From Lama guanicoe (taxonomy: Eukaryota): 64,000 nucleotides of DNA. The stretch lies in assembly GCA_013239625.1 (NCBI GenBank), contig MU054001.1, forward strand, positions 6,001,078 through 6,065,077, read 5' to 3'. A program made the position numbers and the translations under genes. Position 1 is the stretch's first letter. The number at the start of each line of letters is the position of its first letter. Under the pieces are notes generated by a model. It was not told the DNA's origin, ran no database searches, and saw only the letters and a list, made by a program, of their open reading frames with translations. This document shows, piece by piece, positions 49,131 through 61,760 of the stretch.

Positions 49131-50579
49131 GAACTGACCACATACTTATCCAACAGAGACTGTTCTAAACCGGAAGAGACTCTTTAAATGACTCGAGCTG
49201 GACAAACCATTATCTGGCAAGTTTAGAGTGCATTACCTGCCTCCTGCCCCCTCCCCACTCTCTAGCCCATTCTCTGCAGAGAAGGCTGGAGAGCTATGGG
49301 GTCTGGCAGCCCTAGGGCAGCTGACAATACTTAGAGAGACCTCATCCTTCAGGATGGAGGCATAAGTCATTGGGCTACATCTTGGCATCCACATGGCCTC
49401 AACAGGGATTTTGATGGGAGCCGTGGTGAGGAACAGCTCCTGACTTTACCTGAAGGCTCTGGTTATTAACGAAACAGCCTGGCCCCTCAGACCTCTCAAT
49501 GTAGTTGCTGCCTGTAGCTGGAAGGCTATAAAAAATAAAAAACAAGCCCAATTACATTTTGAAACCCATTTAATTGTTCCTAGCAGTGATCCCCATCCCA
49601 GGAGATTATGCAGAAGGCAGCCAGCTGCTATTTCACGTGGAGAATGCAGCCAGCCAAAAACTCCCAGAGGAACAGGGCAAGCATTTTGGAAGGCCACCAG
49701 GCTGCAGCCTGTCTGCACACCGATTAGAACATGGCATGGAGTGAAGACAAGGCAGGCAAGAATGAGGAACCTGAATACGAGTTTCGTTTGAATACTACTG
49801 CTGTGGTCTTTTATCGTGGGCTTTAAAACGTGGTGGGTGATGGTAGGGGAGGGAGAGGGTACAGCGAGGAAGGGCTGAGCTTTTGGAAGGACTGAACTGC
49901 CGAGTGGCAGCTTTGGAAACGTCACTTCAGCTATTTAAATGCTATGGTTGGTTGTACAGAATGATCGCTGTCTCGATGCCTAAATTCTGCTGATTCAATT
50001 GCTCTTATTTGGATTTTCGAATTATTCCTGACAAGATAATAAGTCTCTTTCAAAACATTAAATCGGATAAATCTCCCAGCTGGAGGTCTCCAGTTCGATT
50101 TAATTTTCTGCATATATTCTAAGGATCTAATGAGAGATCAGAACGAAAGGACTTAATTGGAATTTCTCTAATTCCCCAACATGAGGTCTTTTGAACATGG
50201 GAACGGCCGTGCGGTGAGATTTTTTTTCTCTCTCTCTCTCCAGGTTTAGCTGAGTTAAGTCCCCCTCCTGACCTTTAGACCATCTTGTTCAACTTCACAG
50301 TCTACAGAAGGCTGAGCACTAAATACAGAGCTTGAGTTTTGCTTGTTTTTGTGGCCAGTTTTCTCTAGGTCTCTTAAGGCTGCACACTATGTCTTCGGCT
50401 GAGCCGCGTGGACACAGCGCATCAGATGGGACTTTCCAGAATTGCTATTTCGCAGAACGTGGATGTCGGAGGACTGAGCTTGTAAAGTCTCCTGAAAAGT
50501 GGTTTGCCAAAATTCATTTCTTTGACCCTCAGGAGTGTCCCTGGAGAAGTGCCTTTGGGTTTGGTTACCATCCATGCTA

Positions 50580-50830
50580 GTGATGACCATTACCCTTTAT
50601 TGAGCACTTACTACGTGCCAGGCACTTGGCTAAGCCTTGTACATGTGTGCTTCCCTGAATCCATCTCTGCACAATTTCCCAACGAAGTAGGAGCAACAAT
50701 TATCCCCATATTATAGATGAGCGAGTAGCAAAGAGAAGTGGTTTATCCGAGGCCACACACTTAGTAAACAGCGTATGTGTTGGGAAGAGGGCACAGATTT
50801 GAGTCTAGATTTGTCTGCCTCTCATTACCC
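50580..50830 (-). mobile_element. MIR SINE
   Basis: TTTATTGAGCACTTACTACGTGCCAGGCAC...TTATCCCCATATTATAGATGAG...CCGAGGCCACACAC. Confidence 0.75.
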
Positions 50831-52922
50831 CAAGAATAGACCCTCTAAGTTAAACAGAAGCTGCCTTTAATGAGGTTCCAGGAGAGGATTATTGACTTTA
50901 GACAACAGAGCACAATCCTTGTTATACATCAGTCAACATATCCATATTGAGACTAACTCTTCACTTGCTTTCAGGGCCTCTTACAGAGATGGACAGAGAG
51001 GCAGGAGGAGGGGGAATGGGGTATAATTTCCTCACCAAAGAAGCTCTGTCACCCAGACTGGGAGAGAGATTGACGTGACAGTAACTACCTTCATGGCCCC
51101 AGGATTAAGAGAGAAGACAGAGGAGCCACATTAGCTTTACTGGGCAATGATCCCACCTCATTAGAGATGACATTGGCCACTTGAATGGCCCTATGATAAA
51201 TATGGAGGGAGTGCGTCACTAGAGAACAAGTCAACAGACAAAAGAACACCTACCCACGGGCTTTATTCTCTCCCCTGCTTGCTACCTGACCTGACAATTC
51301 CACCGCCAGGAGACAGATGCTCCTGAAGCCTGATATTAATGACCATCCGGATTAACAGAACCAGAAGGGTAAAGACCAGCCAGCAACTTCTTTGAATGGT
51401 CATTTGAAGCGTGGAGCGTGCTCTTGCCCCATCACGTCTTGACTTTTATTACCTGCCGTGATGATACTGCAAAAAAGGATGCCCTGGCCAGGACACTTTC
51501 AGATGGGATTTGCCCACAAAACTTCACTCTAAGTATAAATTGGTCTGTGTCCCTCGCTTTTTAAATCCACAGTGAGAAAGGGGGAAGTCCTTCTTACTTC
51601 CTGTAAGGACTTATTTTACTTACTGTAAAAGTCCTTACTGTGACTTAATCAGCACAAAAACTTTCAAACTGAGGAAAGCTGTGCTGAAATTTCAACTAAG
51701 GGACAGGATTTTCCCCATAAGTGGGTGACTAAGACCTGGGAGGGCATGGCACCAGTGTCTGGAACTGTAAGAGCAGAACTGTCCTCACACCTCCCATCCA
51801 AACGCAGGCCTTCCCTCCCCACCCTGGCCCTACACCCCGATTCTTACCCTCTACTCGCTTCAAAGGCATTTGAGATGCAAGTACGTTGAAGAGAGTCCCT
51901 TGTGAAAAGTTTGACTTCAGGGCCTAAAATTTAAGCTCTTCGGTGGACAGAGCAGTTTCTCCTAGTTTTCTATGCTTATCTGACAAGAAAGTAGAGAAGG
52001 AACAATTCAAATAGTAACATCATAGCAAACAAGGAAGGGGCTCTGGGGGGGAGGCCCCGTCATTTACACAGGGACAGTGATACTTTGGGTTGGGGTGTGA
52101 TGTCTCTGGCACTCAGATCATGGTTGGATCAAACTCCTTATGAGCCATATGTTATTTATATCCTGGACCGCTCTCCAAAAGATGTGAGGTCGCTTACACC
52201 AAAAGACACATATCCATTAGGCATGTAAAAGTAAGACTCAAATGATAAACAAACACTGAAAGAGATAAAACAGAAAATATTATTGTAGAAATCTAGACTA
52301 CGATAAGCATAAAATGTTACTTTGAGCTTCCTGATGTCCAAGGTGGAAAAGGAACCATGTTAATGGTACATACTTTTCAATATCTGATTTTAAAAGCACA
52401 CCAAATGTATCAGGGGATATGGATTACTTCTTTTGCTCTGTTCTGTGGTCTCCTGCCACACCCCAAGCTAAGATCAAGCTAAAACGAGACCTTGGTGATG
52501 GAAGGCAAACATTCTGCCTTAAACAAAACAATGTGGCCACAACAATATCCTTTCTCACACTGCAACATCCTCTGGTCATTCTCTTGACCATCCTTTGTTC
52601 CTTTCTTGATAAACCACCAGTAGGATTCTATATGAGAATTAATTTCATTAAAATGCTCCCAGCAGGAGTGGGTCTGGTAGAAATAGCTGAAGTTCACTTC
52701 TTCTGAGCCTTGTGAGAAGAAGTAGGAGAAATTTGTTACTATGTCCAGGGGTCTGGTTACAACAGAGCACGGTGACACTGCAGAGAACATTGACAAGGGA
52801 GTCAGAAACCCTGGGTTCTTGTCCCAACTGGACAACAAATGTAATTGTGTGACACTGGGCAAGCGCCTTCCCTCTCTGAGCTGCACTTTCCTCACCTGTA
52901 CCACAAGAGGGTTGAAATAATT

Positions 52923-53080
52923 CAGGAGTTCTCAACTCTGGCTGCAAGTTAGAATCACCTGGGGAGCTTTTAAACACACCCATGCATGGTTTCCTCCAGA
53001 GATAAACTAATAACTTGTACTTTCCTAATGGTTGGAAACACCTCGGAGAGTCCCATGTCTAGCCAGGACCGAGATCACTG
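52923..53080. mobile_element. hAT-Charlie MITE (MER5-like)
   Basis: CAGGAGTTCTCAACTCTGGCTGCAAGTTAGAATCACCTGGGGAGCTTTTAAA...GAGATCACTG terminal inverted repeats. Confidence 0.75.
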
Positions 53081-56000
53081 GAAGGGATGAACTCTAAGAG
53101 ACCTCTCTGATCCATGCTTCCATGGAAACATTCCTATTTTGAGGAATGCCCTGATTAATGATTCCCCTGAGAATGGGGCTCTTTCTCACAGAGTCAGCTA
53201 GGTTAAAAAGAACAAACTAGAAAGGTCCTTATAAATCATGCAAAATGAGCTGCCTGCTTCTGCAGCTGCATGACAAAAATACCTCCATGCACGTGGTCTA
53301 TTTCTCCCTCCTTGCGGGAGGTTAACAGCAGCCCTCTAACACCGAGCATGCGCTCCATCATCCGTGACCTCGGCCTACCTTTCTGGCTTCCTCCTCTCCC
53401 TGTGCAGCCCTTTTCACCTCACTTCCCACTGCAGTCCTTCCCTAGTGGGAAGAGCCGATAGCCGGCCCCAGCCCTCAAGGACTGGCTCACTAAATGCAGA
53501 TAAAACCCTAGACTGTTACTTCAACCTGCATTTCGAGTGAATGTTAACTCAGCCCCTATGTGGCTGAGGCTGGGTTAGGCATGCTCACCACCTCATTTTA
53601 AACATTTGATTGGCTTTTGCAGAAAAGGGGAGAGATCCTCCTCCTCTCTGACTGTTACCATTAAAAGAACAGCGAGAATGAGCCAAGCAGTAGGATTGGA
53701 GGAGACTAGACATGAAACCACAGGGGCCCACTCAGCTGGCCTTGAAGAACCGCCTCTTCTGAGGGACTCGGCAGAGCAGGTGCAGGATGGGGGTCTAACA
53801 GATGGTCCCTCTCCAGGGAACCAGAGGCTTCTCCCAGGACCCAGAGCCCCACCTGCCACAGCCATGGTTGACCAGATGGCCTGTGCTCCAGCCCTTCACC
53901 AGTATTCCTCAGATAATTTGGCCAGATTGTATCCTAACTCCCATCCATTGGCCCAAGACTCTGTGTTACTATTTTGCATTCCCTGGACCACTTGATAATA
54001 ACATATGTGGTAACTATATCCTAACACTCCAATCTACTATCCCCCCAAAAAACTGACCTCCAACAAAACAGAATAAACACTATTAAAAAAAATTCTTACA
54101 AGAATTCACTAACATAGAATAAACATTAAGTTATTGAGAGGATTATGGTTCCAGTATAGAATATAAACATATAACACCCTGATAAATTAAAAATTACATA
54201 GCCAACAGAAATTGAGTGGTCAGAGAAGGAAGGAGGCAAAAATGTAAGGAGAATAATAATCAACTCATCTACTGTAGTAAAGATCAAAAATCTCTTCTAA
54301 AACTAAAATAGAATAAAAATAGAGTTAACTCTTAAAGATTCTGTAATATATATTTTCTTGACCATGGAAGAATCTTCTAGGAATTAATGAATGAATCTTT
54401 TATAAATTAATGATACCTGAAGTAAAAAATAGAAGTTTGAAAATTCCTTCCATTTTGCAACAGTTTCTTTTCCTTCTATTAAATTCATCAAAATTAAATG
54501 TAAATGTTTTCTAAAAATAACAAACATGTATTCTTACAGATTTCTCTCTCTTGCTCCTATATATATTCATACAGGAATGTTTGGAAATGTGTTCACGGAG
54601 TGCTAATGTTAGTTATTTCTAGGCACTGGGAGTTTAGTTAATTTGTTACTTCAGTATTTGTTCTTTTCTTTCTTGTTTGCGTTTTTTTACCATGATCCTG
54701 TACTGTTTAAAAAAAATAAAATCATGACTTAAAAAAGTCACTGACTGTGGGCCCATGAATGGCTTCAAGATGAACTCTGAAATTCTTTGCAATACTTTGT
54801 GTATAATATGCATGTGTGTGTGTTGTTTCTCTGGAAAGTGTATCATATACTCCTTCAACTATCAGAAGTGTTTATGACTCCAAAAAGCAGTTCTGTGCTT
54901 TCTACATTTCTTCAACCTTTGGTTTTTAAGCTTCTGGCTAATAATATAGCTCCCCTCAACTGTCAACCAAATACCAGGAACCGTACCAAGAACTTTACAT
55001 GTGTTATCTTTTGGTTTATGCACAACTTTATAAGATAGATATTATCACTCTTATGTTATGGAGGAGAAATGAAAAACAGAGATGCCCAGTCACTCACCCA
55101 GGGTCACACAGCAATCAGAGGTAGACATTGTAATCTATACCCAGCTCTGCCTAGGTCTGAAGCTTGTTCCACAACAGTCATCTGTCTCATCAGATAAGTC
55201 ATCAGAAGTCATTTATCTGTCAGTATCTGAAGGCCTATAATCTGCTGGCAATGTCCCAGGTCCTGGGGACACAACAGTAAACGTTAGACAGAAATCTCTG
55301 CTTTCTTGGAGTTGATATTTTAGAAATAGCTCAACACAGATTTAAAATATGCTTATATTATGTTTTTTGGCTATTGTAACAATCCTGTGAGACAGGCAGG
55401 TGTTGCTATCCCTGCTTTATAAGAAGCCAATGAAATCTGGGAGACTTATCTGAGTTATACAGTTATTATGGGATGGAGCCAGAATATCAAATCTGACAGG
55501 ACTCTGTCTCACCTTTAAGTTAAAATTTGCATATATTTTCGAATTAGACCAGATCCTGTTAGCAAATAACGGTAGTGACAGAATATAAAAATTCAGAGTA
55601 AGTTTCATCCTCAGTCTCACTTGATAAAGGTTATTGGACATTGTGAAACAGATTAGGTTTTTCCTTACCTCACTCCCACTTGCCCTTTTAGAGTCCTTCT
55701 TTCCACTCCTGATGCTCCTAATTTGTCACCCATGGTCCTCTGCTTGCTCTCAATTGTTTAAACACGACTCTCTGTCCTCCCTCTCTGCTCCTACCCCCAC
55801 AGCTTAGGGCTCAGCTGACAATACTCACCACATCTTTTCTGTGCAGTCATTGATCTCGGAATTCCTAGAGGATGCTGAGCATGGTGGCAAGTATGGGAAG
55901 GTATATACAGAAAGAATGCTACACAAGTCTCTCCCAACGGGGCATGCATTTGCATTGTAAATTGGGATTTGTTAAGCCTAAATGACTTTAAGACCTAAAG

Positions 56001-57076
56001 AAAATTGGATCTCAAATGGTGGATTTTCAGCTTTACTTTAAATGGTATACTCCATTGGAATCGTGTATAAATTATTCGGGAGCTTGCTACAAATGCAGAG
56101 TCCCATGTTCCACCTTCAGAGACTCTGTGAGAGCCAGGGTGACAGCCAGGAATCTGCACATTCAGCAAGCTTCCAGAGTCCATGCACCACATTTTTGGAA
56201 AGCCTTGGTGTACGGAGAGAGAGTGCGTTGCATTGAGCACCCACTCTAGGAATCTCTGCTCCATGGCTGCACACCCCAATACTCTGTCAAAGCACTTATC
56301 ATACTCTGTTGCAATTGTCTGTCTGTGTTTATATCTGCAGCCAGACAGTGGAACCCATTCTTATTCATCTTTGCAGCCCAAGCCCTTGGCTCACAGTTCC
56401 CTACCCAGATACACTCAGTAAATGTTTACTAAATATATGAAGATGGGTGCAACTTTGCATTAATCACACACACATGCACGGACAGACACACACACACCAT
56501 CATCCACTGTATTCCTATGGAAAAAGCTGGCCCTAACCCTGCACCACTACATGGTGACTGGGGTGAACACCTGCTTTTACAATATACTAAGAAGGAAGGT
56601 TTCATAAAGCCATCGTGGACCTGGTGGCAGGAAAGCAACAAGGCATATTGTAGGGAGAGAGTTAAACCCATGGTATAGTCCCATGCCCAGCTGGCAAATA
56701 AAGATGGTATGAAACTTGCATTAATGAAGCAGAGCATTTTGGTGAAGATCACAGAGCAAGTTGCTCAGATCTAGGACTCGAACTAGAATTTTTTTTGTTT
56801 ACTCTACATATCCTTATTGCTCTGATCAAGCCTAAGAAATTCAAACATCTTTGCTCTTGTCCCACTATCAATAAAAATATAGTGATACATTAGTAAAAGC
56901 TAACTTTTCATGTTGTAATACAATAAATTTTAGAACTAGAATGTCTAATTCTGTGTAGCAATGGAGCCTCTTGCAATCAGTCCACGCTGAGAACCCTAGA
57001 TTGTATCAGCGCTCTGCATTAAAACAGGAAAATCTAGTTTGGGAGCCTCAGGGGGAGGAAGCCCTGCATTATATAC

Positions 57077-57250
57077 AGGAAGGAAAAAGAAAAGATGGCA
57101 AAGAGAGAGGATTGGAGAGCAAAAAACAAGAGGGAGGAAGAGAGAAAAGAGGAAAGGAAGGATGAATGGAAGAAAGGAAGGAGTGAAGGAGGAATAAGAG
57201 GAAGGAAGGAAGAGGGGAGAAGAGAGGACGGGAGGAAGGAGGGAGAGAGT
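57077..57250 (+). repeat. Purine-rich (GA) low-complexity tract
   Basis: About 170 bp composed almost entirely of G and A. Confidence 0.9.
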
Positions 57251-58839
57251 TCTGAAGCCACACACAGATTTTTTGTTTTTTCCTTTGGAAGCCAGCTGTG
57301 CTATATGAACACAGGGTCATTCTGTGATACTGTTATTCTAACTCGCTAGCAGCAAGCTCGGATTAGTCGAAATGGCGTCAAGACCAGATTTGCTATTTCC
57401 CATACTTCCCTCATTCCAATGTACAGTTTGGTGCCTTTGGTAGAACCAAGAGTACCAGTGTCCCTCCTGCATGGCTTCCCTGATGCCTCTGAGAGCCCAC
57501 GAACGTGTTGACAGCCAGTATCCCTCCAGTCCAGAGAGCAGCCTAACAGCATCGTTTATTTTTTCACTGTTCAGTTTCCAGGCACTGGTTTGAGACTCCA
57601 GCACGACGCAGCCCCGATAACAGAACAGATGAGATACTTATGATGGCCTAACTGAGACAACCCATTTGTGAACACTCCAGAATGTGTCTTAAGAGAACTA
57701 AATAAGGTCAATATTATCGCAAACCCAGAGAATCCCCACGAGTGCTGAACTCACATCTTTTGCTCTATATTTCATACATTCGGAAAGAACTTTAAAGGTC
57801 ATCTACTGCAATCTCCAAACTATGAACAGTACTGGCAAAAACTGGCAAAGTACTAAAAACAAAGTCATTTTATCTTGAGGGGTGGGGCTGGCTTTCTTCA
57901 TCTATAAAATGAGAGGACTGGACTAGTCAGAGTCTAAGATTCGTTCTGGTTCCAACATCTCGTAAATCAGCAGAAATATCCAGCAGCAGTAAGCAGTCAC
58001 AGACTCCCTGGTGTGTGGTCAGACACACTGAATAAGAAAATACAACCCTGACTCTCTTCTGTCCTTCCAAATATCAATTGATAAATGCTAACTTTGATTT
58101 AAAGTGTTTAGAGGAAATTAGGTCTAATCTGGAAGATATGTCTACTGCATCTTGAAATGTAAACAACTATACTTCTTTCAGGAGCACGAAGGGTTAATTA
58201 CAGGCATTGATGGATAACCTTTGTGTCCATGATTTTATCTCACCCCTTGCCAAATATGCAACTTCAATAGACGTGTCAAAAGGGTAGTAAAGTTTCCCAA
58301 GCTAAAATGAGAAAGGGCAGGTCTTCTCAGACTTCCACAAATGCTAATTACTCATAATGACAAGTCATTACCCAAATCCATTTCTGGAAAGTCACAAGGA
58401 CAAGACAGGTCAAAGCAAAAATGTCATTTCAGGCTTCAGCGAGAGACTCTGCCAAATTAACCCTTAGCATACTCACAGTTACCAGCCTCTTTTGCCAAGT
58501 AGGGAAAAACACAACCATAAAAGGAGGCTCAGTACCTTAGACAGAGAAAACCGATTCAAGGCGTCCACTTGGGAAGACAAGGGCTGCTATTGCGCTCCAG
58601 GGGGTGGGGATTTGTATGGAGGATTTCCTGCAGCCCAACTTCAACTGCATGGCATAACCGTGGGCTTCTAGCGGGGACAGGACTCCATCAGCAGACAGAA
58701 ATGCAGTGATCTGGAATTTGCAGGTGAGGGTACAGGAAAGTCAGAGCTCCTCGGGGAGGGACAGGGTGACACTGAGATGTAGCTGCCCATAGCAGTGAAT
58801 CTTGTAAACAAATGCTGGTCCCAACTAGATTTTTATTAA

Positions 58840-59650
58840 TAAGCTTATTCATTATTTCATTTATGCATTCAAGATAATAGCATGTATCCAATCAACAAAT
58901 ATTTTCTGAGTATCTACTTTTTGCCAGTACTGTTCCAGTTTCTAGGGATACGGTGGTGAATAAGAAAGACAGTGCTTGTCCTCGCTGAATTTCCAAAAGG
59001 GAAAGGAACAGTCACTAAATAATCAGACGAATAAGTGAGTGTAATTAAATTTCACACTTGGTTAAATACAATGAAGAGAATGAACAGGGCAGGATGAGGG
59101 ATTTGAAGAGGGCCACGTGATCTAGTCAGCAGAGGGGAGATGGCTAAGAAGGCAGGGTCATCCCAGTTTTAGGAGATAACAACATTAAGACTAAGGAATA
59201 GTAGCATTCTAGGTGGAAGGTACATTCTGCGCAGAGGCTCTGAGATAGGCATGTGGGAACTGCAAAGACAGGGCAGTGATGCTGGAACATAAAACACATG
59301 TAAAGGTGGGGGCAACAGAGCCCGGAAAGGTGGCAGGGGGCCTCTGAATAATCAAAGTCAGGTAGGAACAGGAGCGAGGCAGCAGGAGACGGTAGGAGAC
59401 GGCAGGAGACAGCATGTTCCGAAATGCACAGGCAGCAGTAGGCCAGGACTGGCACAGGGAAGCAGATCCCTAGAAGAGAGGAGGCTACTGAGGACTGCAA
59501 CCCCTGAAGACAGTGACTCAGTCATGGAGAGCCTTGCGGAGGAGGTAAGGAGTCTGGGATTGCCCTTAAATTCAGTGGGAGGCCGCTGAAGTATTCTCGG
59601 TGGAGAGTGGTATGATTTGGTTTTTGTTTTTTTTAAAGATCACACTGGGT
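58840..59650 (-). mobile_element. Fragmented L2 LINE 3' region
   Basis: TCAACAAATATTTTCTGAGTATCTACT...GGGATACGGTGGTGAATAAG...GGTAAGGAGTCTGGGATT...TTTAAAGATCACACTGG. Confidence 0.65.
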
Positions 59651-59733
59651 ATACAGAAGTAAAAATATGAAAGAACAAAAACTCCATGCAACAGCTTGGA
59701 GCATCTTAGAAAGCTACTATGAGATACTATCTT

Positions 59734-59821
59734 TTTTTTTCAATTCAGGTATCATCAGTTACAATGTGTCAATTTCTGGTGCACAGCACAATGTCCCAGT
59801 CATGCATATATATACATTCGA
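59734..59821 (-). mobile_element. Tiny young L1 3' end (about 88 bp) inside an old L1ME-like fragment
   Basis: Matches 11045-11120 (CAGTTACAATGTGTCAATTTCTGGTG...GTCCCAGTCATGCATATATA); degenerate TSD TATGAGATACTATCTT (59718-59733) / TGTGCGATACCATCTT (59822-59837). Confidence 0.8.
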
Positions 59822-61499
59822 TGTGCGATACCATCTTGATAAAATCGAAAACAAGCAAAACTAAGCAATCCATTCTTTGAGGGTATAGATGGGATGTAAG
59901 AATATTTTTTAAAGGGAACGATAAATACAACATTCAGGAAGGTGGTGACCTCTGGGAAGGGGAAAGAGGGTGGGGCAGGGGACACACAGGTAGTCACCAG
60001 TCCCAGTCCTTAAGGTGGACAGTTGGTTTTGCATATTCATTTGGTTACGTGTTATCATATATATACACATATATATGCATGTGTATATATGTATATACAT
60101 AATATACATATAATGTATCAGATACTGTATTTAAGAGAAAACTGAGTCATTCTGGCTCTTGCATGGAGAAACTCTTGAGGGAAGCCTGCAGGCCGTGAGC
60201 CTGCAAGGCAGTCTCAGTGTCCATGTGAGACCCTTCCCCCTCCACCACACACACTGGGGAGAGCCCATTGCACCACGGCCCACCAGTCACACCTGCCTGG
60301 CACCACATGGCACCATTCTGCATCATGTAGGGACTCAGGAAAATTTCCTTTAATAAAATTGTAAATTCTTATGTAAAAAGAGCAGCTAGATATATTGAAA
60401 CTCAAAACACAGACTCACAATATTACTGTACTCTATGGCAATTATGTGTTTCCAAATCAATGTCACATTCATTCTCTGTTTTTAACCAGATACAGGAGAT
60501 CTATACATCACAGAGAAGGAAAAGTTCACACAGTGAAGTGAGAATGGAGCTGCAACTGGATGGACCTCTCCCAGTTGACATGCTCTTTCCACTGTACTTT
60601 GACGGCTCTCATACCCCAAACATAAATGATCACATTGAATGTGGCCTTCAGAGTTTGTTACACATACACATACACATATATTGTATTCATATTCTCTAGG
60701 TAAGCACCTGACTCTGTTTACCTATCCACAACAATTTCAACAGCTTATGGGAGGCAATATGTAAACTTCTTCTACTTTTGCAAGCCATAGACCACCGGGG
60801 ATGTGAGCATATTGAGTCACTACCACCATCATTCCACGAATCACCAAAATCTATCCAGTTGTTCTAGTGGCTCTGAGGGTCCCCCTTCTTTCCTGATGGC
60901 ACCAGGCTGAATGTTCTATTAATGATAGACCTTCCATAGATGAGGAGGCTGCTGTTCAGACAAAGCTAATCCAGACTAGCTGTACACTCTTGCTAGACAC
61001 TTCCTAAATTCTAGGCACTGACACCAGATTCAAGTAGTTGGTTAATAAATTTTCCTCTGCATTCCGGGGCATTATTTATTAATTCACCTGATGCCAAGAC
61101 ATCTGACTTCATCCTACAAGGACCCAAATCCCTTCCATGATTGTGTCAGTTATAGAGTTCACCATCAAGAACAGTGGAAGTTTATTGCTGAGCAAAGGGA
61201 GCAACAAAGATTCAGGATGTAATCCTGATTCCAGAAGCAGAACCACAGAAATCAGGATGTAGAAAGTTGAGGTGAGTGGATGTGAGGACCCAGCAAGGTC
61301 AGAAGCCTGAGACATCAGAGTCTGAGTTATCAAATCCATGCAGGAGCCTACAAGAGAAACAGCAGGAATAGTCGGGAGGTACCACATTCAAAAATTCCCA
61401 CGCTGAAACAGGTTACACCGACAGAAAGAAGCCAAGCCATCAGGGAGAGAAGTTCTCCTGAAGATCTTAAACACCTGGTGGTCATTTTCTTTCTAGAGT

Positions 61500-61760
61500 A
61501 AAAACTATTAATGTCTGCTAAGTATTATGTACCAGGTACCACTACAAATCCGTTACATGCATTGCATCATTTAATCTTCACAAAAACAACTTACCATTAT
61601 TTTCCCATTTTGCAGATAAGGAAACTAAGACTTGACATGACTTGCTCAAGGTCACATAGCTATTAGGAGAGAGGAGAGCTGTTGGGAAAGGGAGAAAGAG
61701 AAAGAGACAGAAGTTGAGCTGGATTCAAATCTAAGTCTCACAGGTCACCATCTTAACCAA
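61500..61760 (-). mobile_element. MIR SINE
   Basis: CATTTAATCTTCACAA...TTCCCATTTTGCAGATAAGGAAACTAAG...TGACTTGCTCAAGGTCACATAGCTA. Confidence 0.8.

Noticed and set aside
50214..50250. Strong + strand acceptor (T/CT tract then CAG at 50241-50243)
   Set aside because: The tract is a simple microsatellite and I found no matching donor at exon distance.
57077..57250. Charged or S/F/L/P-rich ORFs over the GA tract
   Set aside because: Translations of low-complexity sequence.
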